The notes under the pieces are model-generated. The model made no database searches. It was not told the origin of the DNA and saw nothing but the letters and a program-made list of their open reading frames with translations. Below are positions 1-13,500 of a stretch of 64,000 bases of DNA, in pieces. The DNA lies in NCBI GenBank assembly GCA_002633005.1, contig NMRA01000288.1, positions 384,300 through 448,299 of the forward strand. Reading direction: 5' to 3'. The DNA is from Phoronis australis. Lineage: Eukaryota > Animalia > Phoronida. Each line of letters begins with the position of its first letter. The first letter of the stretch is position 1. Made by a program: the position numbers and the translations under genes.

Positions 1-1672
1 ACAATACAACTGTGATAAAAATCCCAGGTCGCCATGGAATCCTCATGCCACATACGAGTGTAGGATATTAAGCTTGAGAGTTGGAATTGGTTGAAAGTGG
101 TCATCACTGAGCATGCAAGACACCAGTAATTTTCCATTTGAGCAAATAAAAACACCGTCCAGGCTATCTTGTGTATGCTGGCAATTATTTTCAGTGTTCG
201 CCAGCTTTTCGTTTTGTGTTACATTTTCAGCTCTTTAAAACAATGAGGTTTGGCAACTTAGTTTCTGTTTGGCGACCTGGGAGTTTTGCCTGGTTGCATT
301 TGGCGAGTTGATGTTGAACCCTGTATGATAGTAAAACTGGTGGTCTCCTCGGCAACAACAGAATATTTGAAATTAATGAAAGGAACAACAACTCAGTGTG
401 GTCTGCTTTGTTTCCATTATTTGCAACAAGATAATCAGCCTTTGAAAAATAGACAATGACAACTTGTTAGTCAATTATTTTTGTGCAAAACAGATGGACA
501 ATTACTGTACATATTATGCATACCTGTTGCCAAAGAACAATACACAAGTCGAATAACTGGGAAATTTTGTGTTTGTTGTCTAAACATGGCCAATTGGAAA
601 AAAATGTGATATGGGTTTACACAAAGTGATAAAGGAACATGGCAGGGAAAATGAATCAGATACAAAATAAACAAATATTGTAGTCTTAAGCTTTGATGTC
701 ATTTTACTTCCATAGTTCAAAACCATTCAGAACACTTTGGATATTTCTCTTTGGAGGTATTTCAGAGTTGAACATGTAGGAACATCAGTCATATGACAGT
801 TTGTGCGACTTTCGAAACAGAGAATGATTGAGCATAGGACTGAAAGCTGCGCAGTTGCAGGTGTGAAACTCATTAGATGGGAAATATGAAGCTACAGAAA
901 ATACCTAAAGTGTCCTAAATTAGTTGAAAAGTACTTGAGCTTGAAAATCGTTTTTAGATTATAGACTACCTGTCTACCTTTGTTTCCAAAGATCAAATTT
1001 CTTAATTTTTACTTTTGCTTTAGAGTGTTAATGGTAGACTCATAAAACACACATTTTTAAAATCCTTGATGATCACAGAATCTTATGTGCATGAAAACAA
1101 CGCAATGCTCAGATGTCCGTATTTTTTTCACACTACATGCATTTCAATAGTATAGATAAATACAAAAGATATTACTGACCGAGTGTCTGCTCTTCTTTTT
1201 CAAATGATTTTTCACGAAGATTGTCCAGTTTCTGCACTCATAAATTTTTCTGCATGAAATTTTCAAATTATCTTTTCTTTATTCTATTATATACAAAAGC
1301 TATAAGTCTGGAATCTTCTTTTATTAGGTCTTCTCTCCCCAGAACTCAGTTGTCAAACGTCAACATTCCTTGAAATAATGTAATATTTGTTTTCTGAAAT
1401 GCTCTGAACATAACAGAATAAAGAATCGGAATTTGGCTGCTTCACGCGAAAAATTCGTTAAACTTTGTGGAAATGGTGTTCTCGGAGGAAAACCGAGATT
1501 GATTAGAAAAAAACAGTCACAAGATTACATACACGGGGACATTAATTTTGTGTATGCAAGATTCAGCGATAATCGGGGATTTTAAATATTATGTAGTTTT
1601 GCAGATTCATCATACTTTTAATGAGAAAGTTGAACCTTGTCAAGAAAGATCGTCTATTGCCTTGATGTCGTA

Positions 1673-1680
1673 GTGTGTGT

Positions 1681-1722
<42 letters not shown>
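1673..1722. repeat. (GT)n microsatellite
   Basis: Direct reading. Confidence 0.95.
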
Positions 1723-1724
<2 letters not shown>

Positions 1725-1842
1725 GAAAACACTAAGAACAAATTTATTGATATCAGTCTGTTTTTTATTCACTGGTTTAAAAACACCGGTGTTTCCAACA
1801 GTTCCAGATCTAGTACAGTACAACACAAAGTAACCAGACAAA

Positions 1843-2791
1843 ATGTCGAGCCCAGTAAAATTTTTCGTTTGATACAAGCAGGTTTGCCACACCAATTTCA
1901 GACACCCATTCAAGCACTTTTTGTTATAAACTAGACCTGCAGCACAATTGTCTCATCTTGGAGAACACGAACTCACAGTGATTCTATGCATAACACGTTA
2001 AATGAGAGGTTTTCATTTAAAGATGACGCTGCACAAGTCTTCGTAACTATCCAGTTCGCCATCAAGAATCAAAATTTATTTGAGAACTTTGAAGTGGCAT
2101 TAAACCAATGCTTTCTGTAAAAAAAAACAACTTTTGGTCCTCCAACCTCTTTGAAATTGGTCTTCTCTTCTTCCTTTCTCAGTTAAGAAGTTATCTCTGG
2201 GCACAGGAAGAACAAGTCCATTACTGCTTAAAATCAGGCTCACCTAGGTCACGGTGTGACCATTTCCGACTAGCATTGGATTTGCCTAGGATAATCATAT
2301 TGTAACTAATTCACTTNATGTCGAGCCCAGTAAAATTTTTCATTTGATACAAGCAGGTTTGCCACACCAATTTCAGACACCCATTCAAGCACTTTTTGTT
2401 ATAAACTAGACCTGCAGCACAATTGTCTCATCTTGGAGAACACCAACTCACAGTGATTCTATGCATAACACGTTAAATGAGAGGTTTTCATTTAAAGATG
2501 ACACTGCACAAGTCTTCGTAACTATCCAGTTCGCCATCAAGAATCAAAATTTATTTGAGAACTTTGAAGTGGCATTAAACCAATGCTTTCTGTAAAAAAA
2601 AACAACTTTTGGTCCTCCAACCTCTTTGAAATTGGTCTTCTCTTCTTCCTTTCTCAGTTAAGAAGTTATCTCTGGGCACAGGAAGAACAAGTCCATTACT
2701 GCTTAAAATCAGGCTCACCTAGGTCACGGTGTGACCATTTCCGACTAGCATTGGATTTGCCTAGGATAATCATATTGTAACTAATTCACTT
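1843..2791. repeat. 474-bp direct duplication (1843-2316 / 2318-2791) around a single N; probable haplotype overlap artefact
   Basis: Copies differ by about 3 SNPs and abut N2317. Confidence 0.85.
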
Positions 2792-4454
2792 CAGGCATAT
2801 GCCATGGTAGTAATGTTGTTTTAGAACCGTATTTAGGCCTGAGAACTATAAAGTTGTTTTGGAATCAACAAAATGGTTTTTAGCCACTCTAGGTATTAAA
2901 TGTGACTTCATGAAAAAATGAAAACATCAATAACTGTAGAATCCCAGGCGTTACAACTTTATTGCAATCAAAGCTTATTTTGAACAGAGATTGCTGTAAC
3001 TTCCACAGACACGAAAAATTCTTGCAGATTCTGTTTGAGAATCCAGACACAATTCATCAGCTAAAAGACTAACCACTGTCACAGGAGATCTAATTTGGTA
3101 TCCATTACTGCAAGATTCTATGTGATCTACAAGACTTAGTGCTAAAACTTTTAATTTGCGGTTGTAAGTTTTTAGCCAACTAAGGGATCTTCCAAACAGT
3201 GACGTCTCAAGAAATCTTAAAAGACTAAACAGACATTCAAATAAATAAAATTGTGTGCAGGGTGTTCACCAACAAGGATTGTGCATATGCAATCTATTCA
3301 CAATTTCAACACATCACTTCACAAGCTCACTGACTAAATGTAACAAGCAGACAGGTATTGGATTTTTACATTTAAGAAAACATCACCTGCATGACTTTTT
3401 CCAGCAAAGTATACAAAAAGTTCAGATCAATAACAAACAATATCTAACACAGATCTTTTGGTTTGTTTTGCTTGGTCCAATACCATATAACAATTATTAA
3501 CAAAGACGCTGCCACATATACTATAGGAGATAAACCTACAACATTGGAAATTTAAAAAATTATGGTGATGTAGGACCCAAAAATGTTCAAATCTGGCTAA
3601 TTTTCGAACAACACGTCTCGGAAATAGCAGCACGGTTTCATTTAAAACTTTCAGATTATTAGAAAAAGACAAAAAAGTTCTACAAATTAAAGTAATCGGC
3701 CTAACAAAACATTTCTCCCTCGTCTGACAAAGTAAACACTAACCACCAATACTGATAACTTGTCTTGAGCAAAATCATTTGTCTGAGAATAAAGCATGGT
3801 ATGGCTCTGACATTACTTATGTTATTATAGAGTCCGCTAACAGAAGCCAAAAACAATCAACAACTGCAAAGTAAAATACAAAAGTTTGAAATGGTTCAAC
3901 ATGCCAGCCAAAATATCACCTAGTATGACGTCCACACTCAGGGGTGCATCATGAGCAAAAGTGAAAAAATATGTGACCACGACGGAGAACGCGTGATTGG
4001 AGATTCAGATCAATCAAAAAAGATTCAGAGACAAATAAATACCTAATAAAGAAAATAATTGAGCTAGGCTGTACGAACATGAGTTGTAAAGGTCACTTAA
4101 CGTTCCATCTCACAAGAACCAAGCCAACTGTACTGTATACGCTCATTTGTTAACTGTGAACTTTGGTCACAACAAATGTTTCAGAGAGATAATGGGAGAG
4201 TTTCAAGAATCTTCTGCTCACACATAGTCCGTTGCACACCTGTTACCCCGAAATTCCGAAAAAAAAGCCTCATCCAATGGTCCAACTTATGGTAAGAAGA
4301 TGTTAAACTCCACCTCGAAACTTTCATGAAATGGACCAGAATACACTTCACTGACACTACAGGATGACTTAGTTAATCAAGCATGTCAATGTATCGAGTA
4401 CACAGAATCAAAATGGGATTGTTGTCTCGCATTCATCACACGACATAAATGATG

Positions 4455-4591
4455 TCACCAGCTGATGTCCACGGGGTACTTGCCAGTTAGACATGCTGTA
4501 CAGTGACCCAGATTTGACTGATCCAACTTGGACCCCTTCTGGACAGCAGAGACCAGTCCCTCCACAGACAGGTAAACCACACTGTCAGCAC
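4455..4591 (-). CDS. PPAT: PPAT coding exon 11 (terminal)
   Basis: [16 protein letters not shown]...[20 protein letters not shown] stop. Confidence 0.95.
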
Positions 4592-7500
4592 CTGGAAATG
4601 CAGACAGGCAAGTTTTTTTGTTGAGGAGAAATCACATGGAGTGAAATGTAATCGGGTAACATTCACTTACAGGAGTCCTGCATTTTGAGAACCAGTTGTC
4701 TCTACTGAATAACAGGCAACAAACTGGTTCTCAAAAATTGGGATCCTGTAAGTGACCACTGCCCATAACCATTGGTCTGACCAAGCATTGTAACTAAAAA
4801 CAGAGTCAAAAAGTTATAATTAGTGCAAAAACAAAATGTAAAACATTATTTTTGCGTGAATTTTAAGTAGTACTCGAAATTAAGAGCAAAATACTCAGAC
4901 ATACATTATAATTGTGACACCAGTCTGACACTTCTACAAATAAATACTTAAAGAATTTTACAACATCATTAATATGCACATCATTTTGTTTGAAAATTTA
5001 AGAAGTCACTAAAGATGTGAGACCTTGCAGTGTGACTGACTTAATAGTCTCAATAAATACTCCACTGATCAAACAAGCAGTCAAGAATTCAATGATATGA
5101 AAAATTTTGGTGGGAAAACTGGATGTCCCAGATGGTTACGTTGTGTAACTGAACAAGGCGCACCACTATGGCCCAGACAAAAGCTGCAGACTGAAGTTGC
5201 TTATATCAAATTGACTCTGTTGGACTCAGGATAAACTTGTCTATGCTTGAGAGCTTGAAACCATTAGCAATCAGTAATGGATAACACCTAACTCATTCTT
5301 AGAATGTCCGAACTCATCCGAACATCTTGCCGAAACAGGCCAGGGACATGCAAAAATGACACTTTGGCCAAAAACATGCTTCAAACGCGACTCCATCGCA
5401 CTTGATTTTTGTCTCATTCTCAATATTGTACTAGGAACTATCTTGATGCAACAGGACCATAATTTGGTGCGATACGTCAAGTTAGACTGGCATCAGTTAT
5501 AGCACTCACCAAGATGTTTCGCCAAAGCCTCTTCATTCAGCTTGTTGGCTATGAGTTCGTCTTTGGTAGGAATGTTGATACCCATGTAGCATGGATTCTT
5601 AATGGGAGGCGACGCCAGTCGTATGTGAACCTAGAATCAAGATGGCTGACTTAAACTACAAGTCATTCACAAGAATGGGAGATCCATGCCAGAATTGCAT
5701 TTCCTAACCACACTGCACTACTAGTGCAATAGAAACTTATGAATCAGTCAACCAGTTGCTGAGTGGCACGCAATTTTTTCTCAACTTGTAGACTATGGGA
5801 TTTTTCCAAAAATTGAAATAAGAATACAGTTATCTCACAAGTCATTTTAAGCCTTTTAAAACAACTGCCAAAACATCTGAAAATTACTCAATTTTCCTTG
5901 AATGGTTTCGATCATCATTTCCAACACAATACCTACGAATTTGAAAAAATGAATTTGGCCTCATCAGTTTTCTTAAACAAATCGTAAAACAGGTATGAAA
6001 GAACTAGGCCCGTAATAATACCTGTTACTCTTCGTACGACTTCAAACATTTGAAAAAGAACACGAGAGGCTAGACCTATGACTCATTTCCAAATTCACAC
6101 GAGCCAACTTACCTCTTTTGCTCCGTAGGACCGTAGTAGAGCTACTATAGGCTGCATCGTATTTCCACGAACAATGGAGTCATCGACGATCACGATACGT
6201 TTTCCTCTGAAATTTTCCTCCAGAGCACCGAATTTCTTGGCCACTGCTAGCTTCCGTAATCGATTGCTCGGTTGAATAAAGGTGCGGCCGACATAGCGAT
6301 TTCTGCACAAGACTTCCACAAATGGAAGACCAATCTAGAAAATTATAAACAGGAATGATTTAACTCAAATATAACAGCAAAGTCATATTTAACATTTTGC
6401 AAAACCTAGTTTGTGTATTCAGACAAATATTAATTAAAGTACATTAAATCTTGAAAACAAAAAAATGTTACAGCAGAATTTGATTTTAACTTTATATGAA
6501 TTTGTCATTGATTAGGTCATGTGTCCAATAGCAAAAACAATGGAATGGTAAAATCATGGGCCCATATCACTAACATGACCAAATTTCCTTTCACATAAAT
6601 GTTCAAGATAAAATCTCAAAAATGCTGTCACAGTACACAAAATTATCGTTTTGTTTTGTGCAGCATTTCAGAAATCAGATCTGTAGCCAGATTTCAGGGC
6701 TCATCATCTGCTGGCTGATGAGACAAAGCATTCATTATCATAAGAATGAGACGCCATATCTGTTCTGTGATGAGGTGCCATGTGAGTCACATGTTGATGA
6801 TAGTGTAGGCAACACCTTTGACAATACCTGTTGAGCATATCCCATAGCAGCAGGTGTGGCAGACTCTGGAACAACACTGACCAGATCAGCCTCCACTGGA
6901 GCCTCAATAGCCAGCTGCCTACCACAGCGCTGACGGACTGTGTACACCATTTGACCTGCCATGTAAATCGAAAACCATTCAAAGAATGCACACAAACACC
7001 ATTTGCAATAAAAAAGGATCAGTTGCTTATTAACTGACACCCATAATTAGTCTGTCAATGGCAGGAAGGAGTCAGTGGGAATGTAAGGGGGGGGGGTTGC
7101 AACGGAGTTTCCTTTTTTGAAAGTCAGTTACCTAGCAATTTGTGATTGTGATAAGTGCTGCAGACTAAAAGTCACATTCTTCATGGTATGACTGATGTTA
7201 ACTGTTGGCTCTCTACAACGCTAGATTTGGCCAACACATGGGATGTCTATTACCAGACATCCTTTATAATAAGGGACTGGAATGCGCAAGTAAGACTGGC
7301 TAGTTCTCACCTTCCATGAAGCTGTCTCCTCGGGCAAAGTAGACATACTCAAAGATGCAGAAGGCAGGCTTAGATTCATCTGGTCTTGGAACAATGGCTA
7401 TTGACTTGACACCAGTCCTCGAGACTTCAACGATCTCACCTGAAATTCAGAGGGCAATTCTAGTCAAAGCCGCTGCAGGTAAAGATAATTAGAGAGAATA

Positions 7501-10500
7501 ACCCATTTTTCCCCGTCACAATGATCATCAAACGTTTACACAGTTCAGTTAACCTTTGAGCGTACGAGGAATTAACCCTCACAATAGCCGCAAGGGAACA
7601 ACATTGCATTTACCAAATGATTAAGTGGAAAACATTGTAAAGACATATTATTAAGCATAAACAAAATATATGATAACTCTAGTTACAATGCAACACACTG
7701 TGAAAAAAGGCCCACGATACAGTCATGTCTAATTAAGTCACATGTCGCCACACCAACACATGTGAGAGTCGGCAATTCCATCATTCTTTCTCTCAGCATA
7801 TCATACTGCGAATTAGGACCTGAAAGTTCCAAAAATTTCACTAAGCCACCAAAATGAGGCCTTACCCGGTAACACCTCTCTGTAGTACCTCGCCCCAATG
7901 GCCTGGAATGCACACGACTCTGACGAAATCACGTAACCCTCGCAGTCATCCATCTCCTTCTCTTTACTTTCTGGAAACAATGTTCAGAGACTATCGACAC
8001 AAACTGTCCATTTTTCTTTCTGAATTTTTTTTATTTGACCCATGCATCTTCTTGTGAAACTGTACCTGCATCCAACTTCAAGTGGAAGGGCCGACGCAAA
8101 CTACTGGAGCAAAAATAATCTTTAAAAAAACACACTTTGAATTTACTAGGTGTATACTTGTGCTGCCATAACATCTTTACCTGTTCATTTACTTGCCAAA
8201 ATGTCAGACTGCTGTTCTAGGACCTGGGAACAATATCAAGCTTAAAATTCACAAGGTGGCGCTAGTGAAACATCAGCACTACCAAACACTTGTGACTATC
8301 ATCTAACAAATGCATCCATACTGACGAACAGCATTCAGCTTCATCTAATGAGTTACTAAAAGGAGTGCAATTGTCACTCACACGGACGCCCACATTTTGA
8401 GAACCAATTTGACACCAGTTTTTCAGTGGAAAAAACAGGTTCTCAAAATACCGGACCCCTGTAAAAGACCAGTACCAAAAAGGACCACGACTTCACAGCA
8501 CCACTTACTCGTGAACATCAAGTTCCTCCTAAGGTTCTAATTAGTAAATTAGGAAAATATCATCTAATTCAGCTGAAACATGCTTCAACCCACCAGATCC
8601 TGACGTCACTAGCTTTCCTATACACAGTGGTCTGTTTCCAAATGGATCGCGGACGGCGTAGATCTTGTTGCCGTGCATAATGACTAGAGAGTAGGCTAGC
8701 AGTGTTTCCTTCATCATCAGCTTAATTCTGTAATAAATAGGAAATTAAAAGGAGGATAACAAAACCAGGAATTGTGAAAAGATGCAATTTCTGATATTTT
8801 TGTCCATAAATCCCAGTGACCTCTTTCACCTCTAGTATTTGCAATGACCTCACATGTATTATGAAATGACAAAACAAATTGTTTTGGAAATTGTTTAAAT
8901 TTGTCAGGGCCTAGTATCAACTTCTGAACAGCAAAAATTTCAACCTTCTCTGTACGTTCAGGTGAACATGTTCAACTCATTCATGCATAGCTTCCGTGAT
9001 CGACGTTTAATTGAATTCTACTCTCCAAGAAGCTTATTAAAAGAGTAGTCACATGACACATACGTGACCATATACTGAATAAGTCATGGAATTTATTATC
9101 AATGGTTGTCTATTCCAAAAGGATGATTCAAACGTGCTTTGAGATACTTCAGTGCTATTTCTACTACCTAGCTGGCCAGTTAGCTCCATCTGGCTCTCCA
9201 CCAGGGGGCGTTAGCGCCAACAATTGGGTGATTAGCTCACTGTCAGTGCCGGTGGATAGGCCAACGCCGTGTTGTAACACCTAAAGAAGAATGATAACCT
9301 TGATAAATAAAGATTAAAAGTTGCAGGTAACGTCATTATCTAAATGCATACTATCAAAATATGCAACGCCTAAAAATAAATCATGTAAATAATTGCAACA
9401 ACTTTATGCTAAGCCTAGAAAATATCAACCATTTTCATCGGCACTTCAAAAGTGACATCATTGTCTTTCTGATATTTGCTTGGTAATGGTAAATAGTCTA
9501 AATTCCTCTGACAACCATACTGTATTACTGACTGAAACTACGTCAGTGTGGCATGCAATGTAATGGGTCTGGTCAGATGCAATAATGACAAGCCAGTTCT
9601 AACATCAAACTTAGAAACCTTTCTAATCAGAGTAAGGAACAACACGAGACCAATTGGCCTAACTTAAATCTTTGATACACAAGGCGCGAGTTTATTGCCT
9701 TTGAAAATTTTGTATATTTTTTGGGCAGTGAACTGGACAAATTTATTGGTTGGAAGTTAGAGGAAGATGAATGAGGTGATGGAATCAATTTTGCAGAGTA
9801 AAACAATGAGTTATTGTGCAATGTTTCTTTTTACAAGCAGCTCGTGGAAAGAAAAATCAATGCCTTACAAATAATACGACATGTAGCTAATTTTGAAAAT
9901 TTGGTCCATAAAAAATATGGTATGAAACAACAGATTATGCACAAACAGAAAAGTTGTTTATTTTAAACACACAAAAGTAGCCATAAGAAGTCTTTTTAAA
10001 AAAACTTTCTTTGATCAACAAAGATCACCTTTTTACGAAGTGACCTAGCATTGACCAGTTCCCCATTGTGGGCGACAGCAATCAAACCGTGCAGCGTATC
10101 GACGACAAACGGCTGACAGTTGACGTACTCTGAACTTCCTGCAGTGGAGTAGCGTGTGTGGCCTGAAATAATGCGCAAGAAATAGTAAAGTAGAATTCAA
10201 CAGAAATAACCCAATACTATCTACTCTTTCAAATGTCATCTCAATCTATAATTGGCCTCGATTCAGTACCGCCATAGAATACAGCAGAGGGTAAGATGAT
10301 GGTGTGACATAAGTGAAGTGACATGACTGTCTGCCCTCCAGGTTACAGAGCAGCAGGTACAAGGAAATAAAACATAATTGCCACAGTGAAGAAATCTAGT
10401 GTACGACAAGTAGTGATGTTTCACTTTATTGGCAATAAAACAACGTCAGATGAGTACAGGGCTGTTTTCTAGGCCAAATATTACAAAAAACATGCGATCA

Positions 10501-13500
10501 CACTTGGCTTTTCTTGCGAGTATCTCAGGTGTATGGAACGTACAACCTTCAAGTACAACATGGAGTGTTCAGAGAGTCACTAGTAACTCTTAAGGGGATA
10601 CAACAGTAAGTTTCCATAGCTACAGGATGAAAGTGCTATAGGTATTCAGTGAAAAAGTGAGACTGGTGCTATTTTAGTATCAAAGATTCTATGAGGAATA
10701 TAGTTTCTCTACGTCGTTGTCTGAGGTAATAATCCTAACATCATTATAACCAAGTGCGCAGTCTCTAAACAATGCCTGGTAGAGAGAGGTGTGATTGTCT
10801 GAAAGAGCACGCAACATGCTTTTATAGCCGGTAAAGTGAAATGTCCTACTTTATAATGAATTTCTTCCTTGTTAGGGTTATTTTCAAATTCCAAACACAA
10901 GGACCATTAGAGCAATGAGCCACTGACTGTGTTCATCTCCATTGTGGTGAAGAAACAGGGAAATTTAGCCAACTTAATGTTACTGAATGTGGTTTCACAT
11001 ATGTCGCAATCTAACAAGGACAATTAAACCAGAACAGCAATTATAACATTTCCAGTGACTTGTCTATTTGGAAACAACATTAAAAAAGGTGCAGCTTGGG
11101 AAATCACCAAGTCAACTAATATGCAAAACACAATGTACTCCATAGGCCTGCATGGGCAGTGGTGATAGGTTTTTTGTTTCATTTTTTCCATTCCTCTTGT
11201 CTGGTATGGTCACATCACGTTTTGAGTGAAGGTTTTAAACGAAGGCTTCTAAACACATAATTATGTTCACCAAATGAAGCATCAATTAAACCATTAATAA
11301 TTAAGCACAAAACAAAGAATATTTATACTACAAGAGACTGAATGATAACCATCTTTGCTGGTTAGTGTCTGAAACCTGGGCTTTGGGAAGTTCGGTTAGG
11401 ATGCTCATAGCAATAAACTAGACACTACTTCTACTGTATCCTTGATACCCAATAATGTGTCTTATCTCCACACCCTGAGTGTAGATCATTCGACTTTATG
11501 ACTGAAGAACAATTTATTGACCGTCACATCAAGAGCACCTAATAATATACATTGCTATAAAGAGGGACTCAACCTGTAAAATTTTGAACCACCACCGTCA
11601 CATTTTTAAGTCTTGTGCACACTGACTGCATTCTCAGTCTTATCATTTTTATCAAAAGTATATCATAGCTATGATCTAAATTCACAAAAACATTTAACCA
11701 AAAACGCAGAAGTGGACTAACAGCAGAACATTTCAATTGACAATGTTCACTCATTCCCACAGACTGCACTCAATGTTAACTCTGGTAAGAACAATGTTGA
11801 ACTCTTTGTCAAAACATTTTTAATCAATGACTCAATGATTTTTTTCACCAAGCCACTGTCACGAGTCAAAACACAATGAAAAAAAGATCAACAGCTTTGT
11901 TCAACATCTGTAACGCTACATGCCATGGTCAAAAGTCACTGTAGCAATTAGAAATGTACTTTAAGAACACCAGGGAAAAGACCTAATGTTAGACTTCAAT
12001 AGAAAAATACACTCAACAGTGACCTCGATTAGTGTCTATAAGATCACAAGTGAAGACCACAAAACCCCAGTGGTGGCTGTTATTCAATTTGACATGACTG
12101 CATAGGTGCTTCACGTGACTGGCACACACACAAATGTGCCTGTGACTGCTTTAGGTATGACAATCGGACTTTTAATTCTTAAAAGACCTTTGATAAAGCA
12201 AGGCCCCAAGTGGTTGAGTTTACCATACTGACCTAAATCAGGGTTAGACTTTAAACTACCGTAATCTTTTCACAGGTTAAAAATACACCAAAACAAATAC
12301 TTGTTCCAAAGCCTATACAAGCAAAATTAGCTAGCAAAACCATAGGCATTTTGCTACTTAGCATGATTGTGCTTAATTTGAAACCAATGAAAGTTTTTAG
12401 ATAATTTTCTTCAGGACTATGGAATTCTAACCAAAAAACTGTAGCAACAGACAGATCACAGTAAAATACGAAAATGCTTAAAGGTTCATGATTTTTATTA
12501 AATAAAGTATATGATTCAGATAGTTGACTTCTTTCTTACAGTAAACAATTATCTTTCCTGTTTACTGACAAATGAACATTTGCTGCTTCATCAATTTTGT
12601 TTTCAAGAAGCAAAAAGGTTATGAAATGTTTGCCAAGATATGAAGAAATGACACTCTCTGGGAACCATAGCTTGACAACAGACATTTTGTAGATGGTTTG
12701 ATATTTAACTGGCCAGAGTGAAATCAAAAAGTTCATGGTCAATGCTATGACATGAAACAGCAGTTTAGTTGAAAATGGTGAAATTCAGTGTCTCTCAATA
12801 TGCTTAAACTACGTGTGGAGTCAAGACTTACATCTGACCATAAAAGTCACCCCACGATTCGATATAGTAATTAAATTACATCTAAACATAAAAGTCACCC
12901 CACGATTCGATAGTAATTAACTTTTGCTGCCACACAAGTCAAGTTTTAAAGTAGCATACCTGATGGGCCAGTTGATTTGAACAATGAACTTGTATAATAT
13001 TCAGATCTAATGTCACATAACACATCTTGCAAATATCTCGGTGACTGTTGACTTGAAGGTTTACAAATAATAATTCGGCAAGCAAATTCTTCCTTCGAGC
13101 AAATGAAATTCTTCGTTTTCTTGCTAACAGGCAAGTAGTTTAAAATGAAAAAGTTAGGGTTAAGCCATGCTCATGGCAAACATTTCCCACCAAATATTGA
13201 ATATAAATCGGTAAATAAAACAACAAGAATGGATCAACTGAAATTTGAAATTTTCGGATGTAATAACTTCCTTTGTCAACATTCTTGTTGTTTTATTTAC
13301 CGATTTATATTCTACATTTCATGAAACAATAGTATCCTTGAGAGGATCTGGATCGCCTTATTTAGTTTCAGATTTATTTTCTACGTTATTTACCACCAAA
13401 TATTATAATGCGTCTAACCGCAAGCTTCTAAAATGTCTTCTCCCTGCATGAATTCAAACACAGTGCTGACACCATTGTGCATCATGTATCTTGCACATTT

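Noticed and set aside
1843-2791. Biological tandem duplication / duplicated 65-aa ORF
   Set aside because: The copies abut a single N and differ by about 3 SNPs, which points to an assembly overlap. The ORF has no recognisable features.
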